Part shown: positions 1 to 10,211 of the stretch, piece by piece
How positions within the stretch are numbered: the stretch's first letter is position 1
Layout: every line of letters starts with the position of its first letter
Assembly: GCA_017635595.1 (NCBI GenBank)
Contig: JAGBLF010000023.1
Span: 8,398-72,397 of the forward strand
Direction: 5' to 3'
Length of the DNA stretch: 64,000 nt
Origin: Alphaproteobacteria bacterium
GTDB lineage: Bacteria; Pseudomonadota; Alphaproteobacteria; RF32; CAG-239
Made by a program: the position numbers and the translations under genes
The notes under the pieces: generated by a model
What the model was told of the DNA's origin: nothing
The model's database searches: none
Seen by the model: the letters and a program-made list of their open reading frames with translations, nothing else

Positions 1-8
1 TGCTCGGT

Positions 9-1616
9 TTGGTCGCGCAGGCTAAAGGAATCCACGCCGAAGCCGCAAACTATTTTTATAAAGCGGCACAAAACGCCCCGAAACATTTCCCGATTTTTTT
101 CAATTTAGCCGTATCTTTGGGCGCACTCGGCAAGTATCTGGAGGCCACCGAGGCTTATCAAAAAGTTCTGCAGCTCAAACCCGATTGCAAAGAGGCTTAC
201 TACGGTTTAGGCAATATTTGTTGGCAGCAGAACAATACCGATAAAGCCGCCGAATATTTCCAAAAAGCAATTGAGATTGATAACGAATACCTTGAAGCTA
301 AAACAAATTTAGCCGAAATTACCGATAACACCGCACAACTCGAACAAATCGCCGAAAACAATGTGCAAGCCCTCTATTATCTCGGTCGGCGCGCTTTTGT
401 TACCAAAGACTATGCCAAAGCTGCAGACTATTTAAGCAAAGCCGATTCGCTGTCCGAGGATGATGAAATAAAATCCATGCTCGGCGAGGCTCTTTTGGCT
501 ACCGGCGACAAAGAAAATGCGCTAAAACTTTTCTATCAGGCAAACATCATTAATCCGCATAATTTGACCGCGCTCATCAACATTGCCGATTTGGAAGCCG
601 AAGTCCGCAATTTCAAAGAAGCCGAAAAGTTCTATAAAAAAGCCATCGAAGTCGATTTTAACAACTTACGCGCCCATGCCAACTATGCTGAAATGCTGAC
701 CAAAAACAAACGTCTGTTGGAAGCCTTGGAAGAATACCGAGCCGCAGTTATTATTTCACCGGAAACACCGGAATTGCTATATAATTTATCACTGATTTTG
801 AAAAATCTCGAAGAATACGAACAGGCTCTCGATTTAATGTTTCACGCCTTTTATATGGCACCCGAGCACACCGATTGGAGCTTAAATTTAGCCGAAACCA
901 TTATTTTATTTAATCAAAAAGCGCCGGAAAAAGCTAAAAAAATCAGCGAAAACTGGTATGAAAAAATGCCGGAAAACATTGTTACGCAGCACTTATGGTC
1001 GGTATTAAACGGACAGCCGAGTAAGGTCGAAAAAGAGTATAACCGGCTTTTGTTTAACACCTTTGCCCCTACCTACGAACAAACCTTGCAAAATATTGAA
1101 TACAAAGTCATTGATAAAATTGCCGAGTTATATACCCCGCTTAAAGGTAAAATCCTCGATTTGGGTTGCGGCACCGGACTTACCGCCGACAAATTACACA
1201 CTGCCGACAATGAATTTACCGGTATCGACATTTCGGAAAATATGCTGAAAATCGCCGAACTTAAAGGAACATATAAAGAGCTCAAACAAGCCGATTTAAC
1301 CGAATATTTGCAAACATCTGCCGATAAATATGACACAATTCTGGCGGCCGACGTTTTTTGCTATTTCGGAGATTTGACCGATATTTTCAAATTGTGCCAC
1401 CCGACAGAGCTGATTTTTTCAGTCGAAAGTGACAGCAGTATCGAAACTTTTGAGGTTCAACCCAACGGACGCTATAAGCACAATCCGCTTTATATTCGCG
1501 AATTACTAACCGCCGCCGGCTATACGCAAATCGACATCACCGAAACCGTTTTACGGAAGGAGCAAGGGATCGAGGTCTTGGGCTGCCTTTTGCGCTGCCT
1601 CACGCTCGGCCGCTAA
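9..1616 (+). CDS. TPR-repeat protein fused to a C-terminal SAM-dependent methyltransferase domain (5' end truncated by window edge)
   Basis: Multiple TPR-like helical repeats (AYYGLGN, YYLGRRAF, ...). C-terminal glycine-rich SAM-binding motif ILDLGCGTGL. The ORF reads in from the window start. Confidence 0.6.
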   Translation: MVAQAKGIHAEAANYFYKAAQNAPKHFPIFFNLAVSLGALGKYLEATEAYQKVLQLKPDCKEAYYGLGNICWQQNNTDKAAEYFQKAIEIDNEYLEAKTNLAEITDNTAQLEQIAENNVQALYYLGRRAFVTKDYAKAADYLSKADSLSEDDEIKSMLGEALLATGDKENALKLFYQANIINPHNLTALINIADLEAEVRNFKEAEKFYKKAIEVDFNNLRAHANYAEMLTKNKRLLEALEEYRAAVIISPETPELLYNLSLILKNLEEYEQALDLMFHAFYMAPEHTDWSLNLAETIILFNQKAPEKAKKISENWYEKMPENIVTQHLWSVLNGQPSKVEKEYNRLLFNTFAPTYEQTLQNIEYKVIDKIAELYTPLKGKILDLGCGTGLTADKLHTADNEFTGIDISENMLKIAELKGTYKELKQADLTEYLQTSADKYDTILAADVFCYFGDLTDIFKLCHPTELIFSVESDSSIETFEVQPNGRYKHNPLYIRELLTAAGYTQIDITETVLRKEQGIEVLGCLLRCLTLGR

Positions 1617-3365
1617 TCTTTCGGTTTCCCGACGAGCCGCATTGGCGCGCGCTTCATCACTCATATTACGCTTAACCTTATATAAATAAACATTCGGATT
1701 ATCTTTGTGTTTCAGCGGCTTAAGCCATTCAGGCAAATCTTTACCCGTTAAAACGTACGCATAAAACTTTTTGCGATTTTTTGCCGGTTCGGCAAAATAT
1801 TTTTCATCATAATTTGCCGGTAAGAAAATATAATCAATCTTATGTTTGTTAAGCAATTTCCAGACTTCTTTTATGTTTTCCGATTTCCAGATTTTATCGG
1901 CCGCAATAATTCCGGCACGATTTATTCTGTCGGCTGTTGCCACAACATTATGGCTGGTATACCATAAAATAAGCGAACCGTATATACTATCAGACAGCAC
2001 CGTACCTTTTCGATAATGCATCAGTGCACTGACGTCGGTCGCTAAAGCTGGTGACATCGTTTTCAAACCGTAGTCGCGTGCCGCCAGCGGTAAATATTTC
2101 AGGCCTGCAAATTCAACACACAAAAACAACACCGATATCAGAACAAACCCGGAGGACGGTCTTTGCCACCGTTCATAAACTTTTTGGAACAGTAAAGATA
2201 TAATGATAACCGCCAGCATCGCTATCAGCAACATCGACCCCAAATCGAAATAGTGTTGAGCCGTAAAGGCACTGAGCAATATAAACAGCGGTACCATAAC
2301 TTTATTACGATAGCGATATACAAACAGCAAATATACCCCCGTAACAACAGCCAGTACCGGATACAAATACATTATCCATTCCGTTGTTTTTTCAAAAGCC
2401 ATACGATTAGCCAATAAATCTGCCAATTCTTTATCTCGATAGGTGCCGGCAATAGCCGTCAATTGTGTTCCGAACATAAGATAAACGGCTCCAGCCGCTA
2501 CCGGAACAAAACACAGAAAAGCCGCAATTTTACGACTTGCATTATGTAATGGCAGACAATTGAAAATATTGATAATCACAAAAAACACCCACGCCATAAC
2601 AACATGATAAAGCGAAAGTCTTGTCAGTAACACAACCTTATATCCGCCATAAGGCGGGTTAACAAACCAGAACAACGATACAAAACCGGCAAAAACTCCG
2701 AAGAATATCAGTAAATCTGTTGTTGAAATCCGGCTCATAAACCATCCAATCATCAGAGCCAGCAATAAAATATGCACAAAAAACAGTCCTTCCGGATTAA
2801 TCCAGCACATCAAAGCACAGGCTAATCCCATAAATACTAACGGTAGCTGCCTTTTAGAAGAATCATAACTCCACCAACTTACCACCAGCAGCAGTACCGG
2901 CAACAATAAAAAAATCTCAGGTGATGCAAATGCAAAATCAGGATAAATTTGTTTTTGCACCAACAAAAGCAAAATAGCCGAAAAGCGTGAAGCCGGCGAT
3001 AAAGTACTGTTTGTCCCGAAAATAAAAATAAAAAGCAACAACAGTGTACAAACAAAAGTTGTCGCAATTCCCGTCATCAAAACGCGTACGACCAGATCGC
3101 CGTAATCATTGAAAAACAGTGAGTTTCCAAACCACAAAAGATCAACCGCACGATTTCCGCTGATAACAGAACCGGTCGGATAATTTATTTGTTCAAACAG
3201 CCTTTCACTCCATGAAAAATTAACCAGAAGATCCTTAAAACGTATCGCCTGAGTGTAGTAGTCAATATTAGCATAAATACCCGAGAAGCCCTGGTATTGA
3301 ATTACCATAATCAAGCCAATTACGGCACTCCACAACAAAAATTCCAAAAATCGTCCGATTCTCAT
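1551..3365 (-). CDS. Polytopic membrane protein (>=10 predicted TM helices) with soluble C-terminal domain and coiled-coil tail; possibly a PMT/ArnT-like glycosyltransferase
   Basis: Long hydrophobic helices throughout. The most likely start is the internal ATG at 3365, preceded by AAAGGA (protein MRIGRFLEF...). The C-terminal 66 nt overlap the convergent TPR-MT gene. Confidence 0.4.
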   Translation of the reverse strand: MRIGRFLEFLLWSAVIGLIMVIQYQGFSGIYANIDYYTQAIRFKDLLVNFSWSERLFEQINYPTGSVISGNRAVDLLWFGNSLFFNDYGDLVVRVLMTGIATTFVCTLLLLFIFIFGTNSTLSPASRFSAILLLLVQKQIYPDFAFASPEIFLLLPVLLLVVSWWSYDSSKRQLPLVFMGLACALMCWINPEGLFFVHILLLALMIGWFMSRISTTDLLIFFGVFAGFVSLFWFVNPPYGGYKVVLLTRLSLYHVVMAWVFFVIINIFNCLPLHNASRKIAAFLCFVPVAAGAVYLMFGTQLTAIAGTYRDKELADLLANRMAFEKTTEWIMYLYPVLAVVTGVYLLFVYRYRNKVMVPLFILLSAFTAQHYFDLGSMLLIAMLAVIIISLLFQKVYERWQRPSSGFVLISVLFLCVEFAGLKYLPLAARDYGLKTMSPALATDVSALMHYRKGTVLSDSIYGSLILWYTSHNVVATADRINRAGIIAADKIWKSENIKEVWKLLNKHKIDYIFLPANYDEKYFAEPAKNRKKFYAYVLTGKDLPEWLKPLKHKDNPNVYLYKVKRNMSDEARANAARRETERLAAEREAAQKAAQDLDPLLLP

Positions 3366-3423
3366 TATTTTCCTTTCGCTAGAATATATCTTTGATTTAA
3401 CATAAGATATATTATCTGACAAG

Positions 3424-3458
3424 AAAAAAGCTGAACTTTTGCAAGTTCAGCTTTTTTT
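3424..3458 (-). terminator. Rho-independent terminator hairpin (AAAAAAGCTGAACTTTTGCAAGTTCAGCTTTTTTT)
   Basis: Perfect 10-bp stem flanked by A and T runs, immediately 3' of the large minus-strand gene 3478-6150. Confidence 0.55.
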
Positions 3459-3477
3459 GCATTAAAAGGTATGGCCG

Positions 3478-6150
3478 TTAATAATCACTTCTGCCGCCGC
3501 TCTTAGGCGTAACAACTCTGGTTGTACCGGAAAGAGGTTTGGTTTCACCAGGCTTCGTACCTTGAAGCGACTTCGGATCATTTACATCGTTAGAGCCATG
3601 ATCCGTTGCGGTTGTACCGAGAGATATGTTATCCGTGACTTCAGCCTGATCAGCCTGAGCATCAACAGCTGTAACTTTTTCAACCTTAACATGATCAAAC
3701 GAGCCATCTTCACGAACAGTAGTAGCCGGCGGTTGGTCAGTAACATCCGGTGCCTTTGGAGCAATAGGTTTACCCCTGATGAAATGAATATCATCGCAAC
3801 CATCACGATCCATAACATTGTTAGTTACACCAATATTCCAGCCCTCACCTTTATACTGACCATTAGACATGGTTTCATCAAAGAACTGTTTGATTCTGGT
3901 TCCATCAACCTCTTTAACAGCTTTACCGCAGTTAATCATTTTATAAAGGTCTTGGAACGCTTTAACGGTTTTTTCATCACCATGACAACGCGGCAAGCAT
4001 TCGACACCAGGTTCTACCGGTTTTGTCATCCCTTTATCATAGAAAAATTCGTGATTTCCGTTAGCATAAACTTCCTGACCATTCGGGTCCCAAAAACGTG
4101 CGATTAATCCGCCATGGCCATCCGGTCTGGCTTTAGCTAAAGACAAAATACGAGATGCTTCCCACATAGTCTCTTCCGTAGTCATCGGCGATCCATCCGG
4201 ATGTACAAAGAGTTCCGGATGAGCTGCCTGAGCATTAGCTGCATTCAGATAGGTTTCATCAAAATTACCGATATGCATCGGCGTAACTTCGGTATGAATA
4301 TATTCCCATTGTCTATGCGTAATTCCCATCGCTGCCTTATCATATTCGGTCGGGATGGCGACAGAAGAAGGTTCCGGCGCAACTTCTGCACCAACAACCG
4401 GCGCATCTGTAACGTTACCAGCCGTACCATAATCATGCATCCACGGCGCCGTATCATTTTGATGGTTTTGCAGATAGTCGGCCAAAGTATACTCACCATT
4501 ATGCATGAACGGTCCATGATTGCCGGTCGGTGCAACATCGGCCATTCCCGGATGAGCAGAAGCATTAGCTACAGCGCCTGAAACGGCAAACGCTTCTACT
4601 GCACTGGTCAACAAAGCCGTCCAAGCTAAGCCGGTCTTAGCACCTTCCAATCTGGCCTTGTCTTCTGCACTTTGTGTTTTCTCAAACCGTTTTTCGGCCT
4701 TACGCTTGTTGTAATATGCATTGGCATTTCCGCCTAAAACACGTACTAAACCGGTACCAAAACGTGCCATAGACATAGCATTGGTTGCAGCTGCTTCTGC
4801 AGTCTTTGTGCCGATATTGGCAGCACCAATTACTGACGGTGCTAAAGCCCCGAGAATGCCGGCGCAAGCAACACTGATACCTGTTGAAAACTTCCAACTG
4901 TCATTAAAGTCTTTCTTTTCCTCCGGATTGGCATGAATATCCATCCAAGCCTTTTTCATACCTTTCCAACCTTTCCATTCATTTTTCAATGCAGGATAAT
5001 AAGATTGTTCAAATTCCGTATTCAACTGAGCATTCAATTGATCGAAAGCCTTCGATTTTTTATTCTGCAAAGTCTTTAACTCATTATCCGAGAACTGCTT
5101 AGATTTAATAAATTTTGCAAAAGCAACATCTTTACGCAACTCGGTATTACGTTTTCTGTTCAAATTCCACAACGGTGTAGAGGCTGCGGTATAAACAGCA
5201 TAGCCTGCAGCCGCACCCAAAGCAACCGGCGCCGAAGCAAACGCTGTTGCAGCCATCACGCCGGTAGTTACCGCCGTTGTAATCCATTGTGTCGGATTCG
5301 TTTTCATATCTTGAACCAAACCATCTTTCAATGCCTCACGATGCTCTTTATTGAACATAGTAATGAAACTCTTCAGCTTGTTCTTTATTTTATCCGCAGA
5401 CTTAGCTAAACCGCAATTTTTTAATTTGGCAATTTTATCTTTAATAGACAGAATTGAACTGGAGATAGCGTCGATAATGTGACCTTTTTTAATGGTAACT
5501 TTCGCACCGCTCATATATCTTTGAGCAGCCGCATGTGACTTCTTTGCCGCTGTCTTTTCATCGTCTTTCACATCTATTGCCGATGCAACGACTGCTGCTG
5601 CAGTTTTTGTATTGAAATATCGCTCAATATCATCCAACAGCGATTCTCTTTGTTCATCTTTGTTTTTACGCGAAAAATTCTTATCGTCTGCATACATTGC
5701 CCCAACTTCCTGCATGGAAATCGTCATTAAAGAAGACAATAATTTGTGAGAAGCCTCCGCTTCGACCTTTTCGCCGGCATCATCTACAATTTCAACCTGT
5801 TCATCAGCCTTTTGAACAATACCATCAAGATGCTTTTTCACTTCTTTTTCTTTATAGATACTGTCAATTGTATTCAAATTTTCAACAATTTGATTATCAA
5901 TCGCTTCAACAACTTCTTGATCGACAATCGTTTCATCCGGACGCAAAACATCTTGTCTGCTCTTATCCAACAGGATATCATAATCAAATTCAGATCCTGT
6001 CAGTTGCTTCCATTCGGCAGCTTTTTGCGAATATTCTTCAAAATTAAAATCCTGCTTGGCAATAACGTTTCTGAAATATTCCTTCAGGCGTTCCATTTGC
6101 AGTTTTGCTCTTTTTGCTTCTAACTCACTGTTAGTTGTTTTATTTACCAT
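3478..6150 (-). CDS. Large (~890 aa) hypothetical protein: N-terminal coiled-coil/acidic region, two glycine-zipper hydrophobic segments, and a Cys/His-containing C-terminal domain of unknown function; candidate secreted effector or toxin
   Basis: Start assigned to the ATG at 6150 (MVNKTTNSELEA), preceded by AAAAGGAG. Hydrophobic segments WITTAVTTGVMAATAFASAPVALGAAAGYAVY and ISVACAGILGALAPSVIGAANIG. C-terminal ~350 aa has no recognisable family motif (CLPRCHGDEK, HGGLIARFWDPNGQEVY). Confidence 0.5.
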   Translation of the reverse strand: MVNKTTNSELEAKRAKLQMERLKEYFRNVIAKQDFNFEEYSQKAAEWKQLTGSEFDYDILLDKSRQDVLRPDETIVDQEVVEAIDNQIVENLNTIDSIYKEKEVKKHLDGIVQKADEQVEIVDDAGEKVEAEASHKLLSSLMTISMQEVGAMYADDKNFSRKNKDEQRESLLDDIERYFNTKTAAAVVASAIDVKDDEKTAAKKSHAAAQRYMSGAKVTIKKGHIIDAISSSILSIKDKIAKLKNCGLAKSADKIKNKLKSFITMFNKEHREALKDGLVQDMKTNPTQWITTAVTTGVMAATAFASAPVALGAAAGYAVYTAASTPLWNLNRKRNTELRKDVAFAKFIKSKQFSDNELKTLQNKKSKAFDQLNAQLNTEFEQSYYPALKNEWKGWKGMKKAWMDIHANPEEKKDFNDSWKFSTGISVACAGILGALAPSVIGAANIGTKTAEAAATNAMSMARFGTGLVRVLGGNANAYYNKRKAEKRFEKTQSAEDKARLEGAKTGLAWTALLTSAVEAFAVSGAVANASAHPGMADVAPTGNHGPFMHNGEYTLADYLQNHQNDTAPWMHDYGTAGNVTDAPVVGAEVAPEPSSVAIPTEYDKAAMGITHRQWEYIHTEVTPMHIGNFDETYLNAANAQAAHPELFVHPDGSPMTTEETMWEASRILSLAKARPDGHGGLIARFWDPNGQEVYANGNHEFFYDKGMTKPVEPGVECLPRCHGDEKTVKAFQDLYKMINCGKAVKEVDGTRIKQFFDETMSNGQYKGEGWNIGVTNNVMDRDGCDDIHFIRGKPIAPKAPDVTDQPPATTVREDGSFDHVKVEKVTAVDAQADQAEVTDNISLGTTATDHGSNDVNDPKSLQGTKPGETKPLSGTTRVVTPKSGGRSDY

Positions 6151-6415
6151 TATATAAACTCCTTTTAATGCATATTCTCTCAAATGATGCTTGACTATAC
6201 ACCAATTTTTACTCTTTTGCAATACTTTTTTGTCAAAAAAACGCGTTTTTTTATATATTTTTATCATTTTTTATTTAAAAAGGCCGTAAAACCTTACTAC
6301 TGATTCTTTTGTATAAAATTTGTCATTTTTTTCAAATATTATCGAGAATTTATAAAAAAATTACTTGCACCGATGACTTTACTATATTATAACCGCAAAA
6401 AAAGGATTTATTGGC

Positions 6416-7498
6416 ATGAAAGTAGACATTTTCGATTTTGATTTAGATAAAGAGCTTATTGCTAAAACGCCGGCGAATCCGCGCGATCATTCGCGTCTGT
6501 TGGATTTATCCGAAGAAGACTCCGTTTCCGACAGATATTTTTATGATTTGCCGAAAATCTTGCGCCCCGATGACATTATGGTATTTAACGATACAAAAGT
6601 TATTCCGGCGCGCTTGTACGGCCAGCGCGGTGAAGCTTTGGTTGAAGTTACTTTATATCATCCCGATGACGGAATCCGTTGGTGGTCATTTATTAAAAAC
6701 TCAAAACGACTCCATGTCGGCGACATCATTCACTTTTATACGGCCGAAATCTCCGCCGATGCTTCTGATTTTTCGGCCGAGGTTATACAAAAAGACTCCG
6801 AAGACGGAACTTTAATTAAATTTACCTGCAATCCGGATGAATTAAATAAAAAACTCGAAACATACGGTGCCATGCCTTTACCGCCGTACATTAAACGCGA
6901 CAAACCATTGCCGGGATTATGGAATCCGTATAACGATAAAGAAAATTATCAAACCGTTTATGCCAAACATGACGGCGCGGTTGCCGCTCCGACGGCCGGT
7001 TTACACTTTACCGACAGATTACTTAAAGAAATCGATGATCTGGGCATAAAACGCGTTTTCTTAACACTCCACGTCGGTGCAGGTACTTTTTTGCCGGTAA
7101 AAACCGATGACACCGAAAATCATAAAATGCATGCCGAATACGGCGTTATTACGCGTGAAGCCTGTGATATTATCAATAATGCCAAGAAAAACGGTCAGCG
7201 CATCATCGCCGTCGGCACAACTTCTGTCCGCTTATTGGAAAGCGCCGCCGATGAACAAGGGATTTTGCACCCGTTTTGCGGTGAAACCGATATTTTTATT
7301 ACACCCGGTTATAAATTCAAAATCATCGACATGATAATCACCAACTTTCATCTGCCTAAATCAACCTTATTTATGCTGATTTGCGCCATCGGCGGCACCG
7401 ACAGAATGAAGGCGGCCTACAAACACGCTGTTGAAAGCAAATACCGTTTTTATTCATACGGCGACAGCTCGATAATCAAATGTATAAATAAAATTTAA
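6416..7498 (+). CDS. queA: S-adenosylmethionine:tRNA ribosyltransferase-isomerase
   Basis: Full-length match to the QueA family (MKVDIFDFDL..., GLHFTDRLL, ...HLPKSTLFML). RBS AAGGA upstream. Confidence 0.9.
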   Translation: MKVDIFDFDLDKELIAKTPANPRDHSRLLDLSEEDSVSDRYFYDLPKILRPDDIMVFNDTKVIPARLYGQRGEALVEVTLYHPDDGIRWWSFIKNSKRLHVGDIIHFYTAEISADASDFSAEVIQKDSEDGTLIKFTCNPDELNKKLETYGAMPLPPYIKRDKPLPGLWNPYNDKENYQTVYAKHDGAVAAPTAGLHFTDRLLKEIDDLGIKRVFLTLHVGAGTFLPVKTDDTENHKMHAEYGVITREACDIINNAKKNGQRIIAVGTTSVRLLESAADEQGILHPFCGETDIFITPGYKFKIIDMIITNFHLPKSTLFMLICAIGGTDRMKAAYKHAVESKYRFYSYGDSSIIKCINKI

Positions 7499-7506
7499 AC
7501 GCTTTT

Positions 7507-8712
7507 ATGTTACCTTTACTCTCGGTAAAGGAGAGGATTGTGCTTATTCGAAAGTTTAACAGCATAAAATACATTTTTTCGACCATTCGCGGTTCTTTTA
7601 TACCGTCAATGTTGCTTTTGAGTACATTGGTATTTTTTTATGCACAACAACCTTTTGAATTTCCGTCGGCAGCACTGTTGCATTATTTGTTTTTGGGTAT
7701 ATCGTGTTTCTCGTTGACTTTACTGTATACAGCCAATCAGGCTAAACCTTTTTTCACAATTTTACTCTCTTTAACGGCCTATCTGATTATCAATCACTTA
7801 AAAATGCAATACGGAGTTGCTTTTACCGCAACACCGGAATTTCAATGTTTATGTTTTGCCTTACCGATTAATCTGTTTATTTTACACATGTTACCGCAAA
7901 CAAAACTGTCTGCCGATGCCGGAAAATATACATTGTTGGTTCTGTTGGCCGAGGCGACCTTTTTACAAAACACCTGCGGTCACATGGCGCAGATACCTTA
8001 CATTGAAATCACATTGGAAGCCATACCTTTACAAGCCGGTGCCGTTTGGTGTGTATTCTTATTTTTAATTTTAATCACCGTTTGTTTAAAAAATACAGTG
8101 CTCAACACCGGGCAGTTTTATGCCGGTATTTGTATTATGATGGAATTAATTTATGCCGATTCGACATCCGGCTTGGTGGCATTTTCTTTCGGCTCGGCAC
8201 TGATTCTGCTGTCCGCGGTTATTATAGACCTTTACAAGCGCTATCATTATGACCATCTGGAATTTGTCGGCAGTAAAAATGCTTATTTATCACATGCAGG
8301 CTCAAAATTTCCGTTCAAATACACAATTGCACTGTTCAGCATAGATAACCGCGATAAATTGCTGAAAATTTACGGTGCCAAAAAAGTAGAATCTCTGGAA
8401 CAGATGGTTATTAATAAAATCCGTGAATTACCATACGAGTTGACATTTTATCGCTATAATGATGCCGAATTAATTATGGTTTTCAAAAACGAGGATGCCC
8501 GACACACATACGAATTTGCCGAGAATATCCGCCGCACGATTGCCTCATCAGAATTTATATTCACCTCTCGTAAAAGCTTAAAAATTACAATATCAATCTG
8601 TATTTCCGAAAAAACACGCAAAGACTTGAACGCCTCGGAAGTTACCGACCGCGCTCATAATGCTTTGCATAAAAACTATCGATTTAATTGCAATATCACG
8701 ACAAAGGCTTAG
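7507..8712 (+). CDS. Multi-pass membrane protein with C-terminal degenerate GGDEF-like domain
   Basis: ~7 N-terminal hydrophobic helices. The C-terminal region resembles a diguanylate-cyclase fold, with RYNDAEL in place of RYGGEEF. Confidence 0.4.
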   Translation: MLPLLSVKERIVLIRKFNSIKYIFSTIRGSFIPSMLLLSTLVFFYAQQPFEFPSAALLHYLFLGISCFSLTLLYTANQAKPFFTILLSLTAYLIINHLKMQYGVAFTATPEFQCLCFALPINLFILHMLPQTKLSADAGKYTLLVLLAEATFLQNTCGHMAQIPYIEITLEAIPLQAGAVWCVFLFLILITVCLKNTVLNTGQFYAGICIMMELIYADSTSGLVAFSFGSALILLSAVIIDLYKRYHYDHLEFVGSKNAYLSHAGSKFPFKYTIALFSIDNRDKLLKIYGAKKVESLEQMVINKIRELPYELTFYRYNDAELIMVFKNEDARHTYEFAENIRRTIASSEFIFTSRKSLKITISICISEKTRKDLNASEVTDRAHNALHKNYRFNCNITTKA

Positions 8713-9505
8713 CTTTTTTAGAAATCAGCGGCCGAACCAGCAAATATCCGCCCAGTAAAACTGCCGGTATCGAAAGCAGTTGTCCCATTGTAGTTCCAAG
8801 CATTAAAAAGCCTATTTGCGCATCCGGCTCGCGGAATTGTTCGCCAACCATCCGGACAACGGCATAACCGAGCAAAAATACGCCGGAAACGGTACCTTCA
8901 TTTTCGCGGCAATATTTAAATTTCCACAGCAGATTCAATATACAAAACAGCAATATACCTTCCAAACAAGCCTCATATATTTGTGACGGGTGACGCGGTA
9001 AATAGCCGCCGTTAGGAAAACGTACGGCCCAAGCGACATCGGTCACCCTGCCCCACAACTCATCATTTACAAAATTTGCCAGACGGCCGAAGAATATACC
9101 AATCGGTGTCACGGCAGCCACTAAATCAGTAATTTTCAAAAACGAGAATTTCAATTTGCGCGCCGCCAGCCATAACGCGATAATTACACCGATAATACCG
9201 CCGTGAAAAGACATTCCGCCGTGCCATATTGCAAAAATTTCGAGTGGATTTTGTAAATACTGTTCTTGCCCGTAAAACAAAATATAGCCGAAACGGCCGC
9301 CCAAAATAATACCGAGCGTCACATAAAACACCAAATCTTCCAAATTTTCTTTAGTTAACCCGATATTATATTTTTTTACCCGGCTGCTGACCATCCACCA
9401 ACCGAGTAAAATACCTGCCAAATACGCCATCGAATACCATCGGACCGCCAATGGTCCTATAGAAAATATAACGGGTGATATTTCAGGATATGTCAATCCG
9501 ATCAT
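8696..9505 (-). CDS. lgt: Prolipoprotein diacylglyceryl transferase
   Basis: Lgt signature (MIGLTYPEISPVIFSIGPLAVRWY, WHGGMSFHGG, GRLANFVN). Confidence 0.9.
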   Translation of the reverse strand: MIGLTYPEISPVIFSIGPLAVRWYSMAYLAGILLGWWMVSSRVKKYNIGLTKENLEDLVFYVTLGIILGGRFGYILFYGQEQYLQNPLEIFAIWHGGMSFHGGIIGVIIALWLAARKLKFSFLKITDLVAAVTPIGIFFGRLANFVNDELWGRVTDVAWAVRFPNGGYLPRHPSQIYEACLEGILLFCILNLLWKFKYCRENEGTVSGVFLLGYAVVRMVGEQFREPDAQIGFLMLGTTMGQLLSIPAVLLGGYLLVRPLISKKAKPLS

Positions 9506-9734
9506 TTTGCGTTCCTTTACAATTAATTGCTTAAAAGTATATTAACAAAAAACATATAATCCACACTAAAAAAAATATTATAAACACACATTTTTTTATC
9601 TGTCTGTTTTAACGTCATTTATAAAATTATAAAAAAAATAATATGCAAAAAAGTGGAAAACTTCTTTATATAATTTGTTTTTTTATACCCGAATATGCAA
9701 TTCTTTAGATGTCAATTTTGATAAAGGAATCCTT

Positions 9735-10211
9735 ATGCTCGCTCAACGACTTTACAAATATAATCCGATTGATGATATCGAGTTTTTGTTTGCGCACCAC
9801 AAACACACTTTTGAACGCCGCAATTCTAACGAAGTTGTTGTCGAAATATCCGGCAAATGGGATAATATGCTGCTGTTTTTTGCTTGGGAAGAACAAATGA
9901 ATTGCCTACATATATCCTGTTTAATTAATCTCGAAGCCGAAACAGTCAACCTGCCGAACATATTTGAATTGTTGGCTTTGCTTAATGAGGATTTATGGGT
10001 GGGGTATTTCTCTTATTGGGAAGAAACAAGGATGCCGATTTTTAAGCACTCGGTCTTTATAGATGAAAAAGATTTGAATTTAACCGACAAACTCTCGCAG
10101 ATTCTGAATATTGCCATTACCGAATGTGAACGAGCTTATCCGATTTTCCACGCTGTACTGAAACAAAACATTTCCCCGCGTAAAGCCTTAATGCCTATGG
10201 TTATGATGTAA
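9735..10211 (+). CDS. YbjN-like domain protein (hypothetical)
   Basis: Start moved to the ATG at 9735, preceded by AAAGGA (MLAQRLYKYNP...). Weak resemblance to the YbjN/T3SS-chaperone-like fold. Confidence 0.4.
   Translation: MLAQRLYKYNPIDDIEFLFAHHKHTFERRNSNEVVVEISGKWDNMLLFFAWEEQMNCLHISCLINLEAETVNLPNIFELLALLNEDLWVGYFSYWEETRMPIFKHSVFIDEKDLNLTDKLSQILNIAITECERAYPIFHAVLKQNISPRKALMPMVMM

Noticed and set aside
1063-1336. Small ORFs overlapping the TPR-methyltransferase gene on both strands
   Set aside because: They are nested in the methyltransferase domain coding region and have no independent support.
3562-6123. Several 60-180-aa ORFs on both strands inside the 890-aa gene (3562-4107, 3582-3818, 4201-4581, 4245-4565, 4700-4936, 5697-6123)
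   Set aside because: All are nested within, or antisense to, a long well-supported ORF. They lack RBSs and show compositionally odd translations (Cys/Arg-rich) typical of out-of-frame reads.
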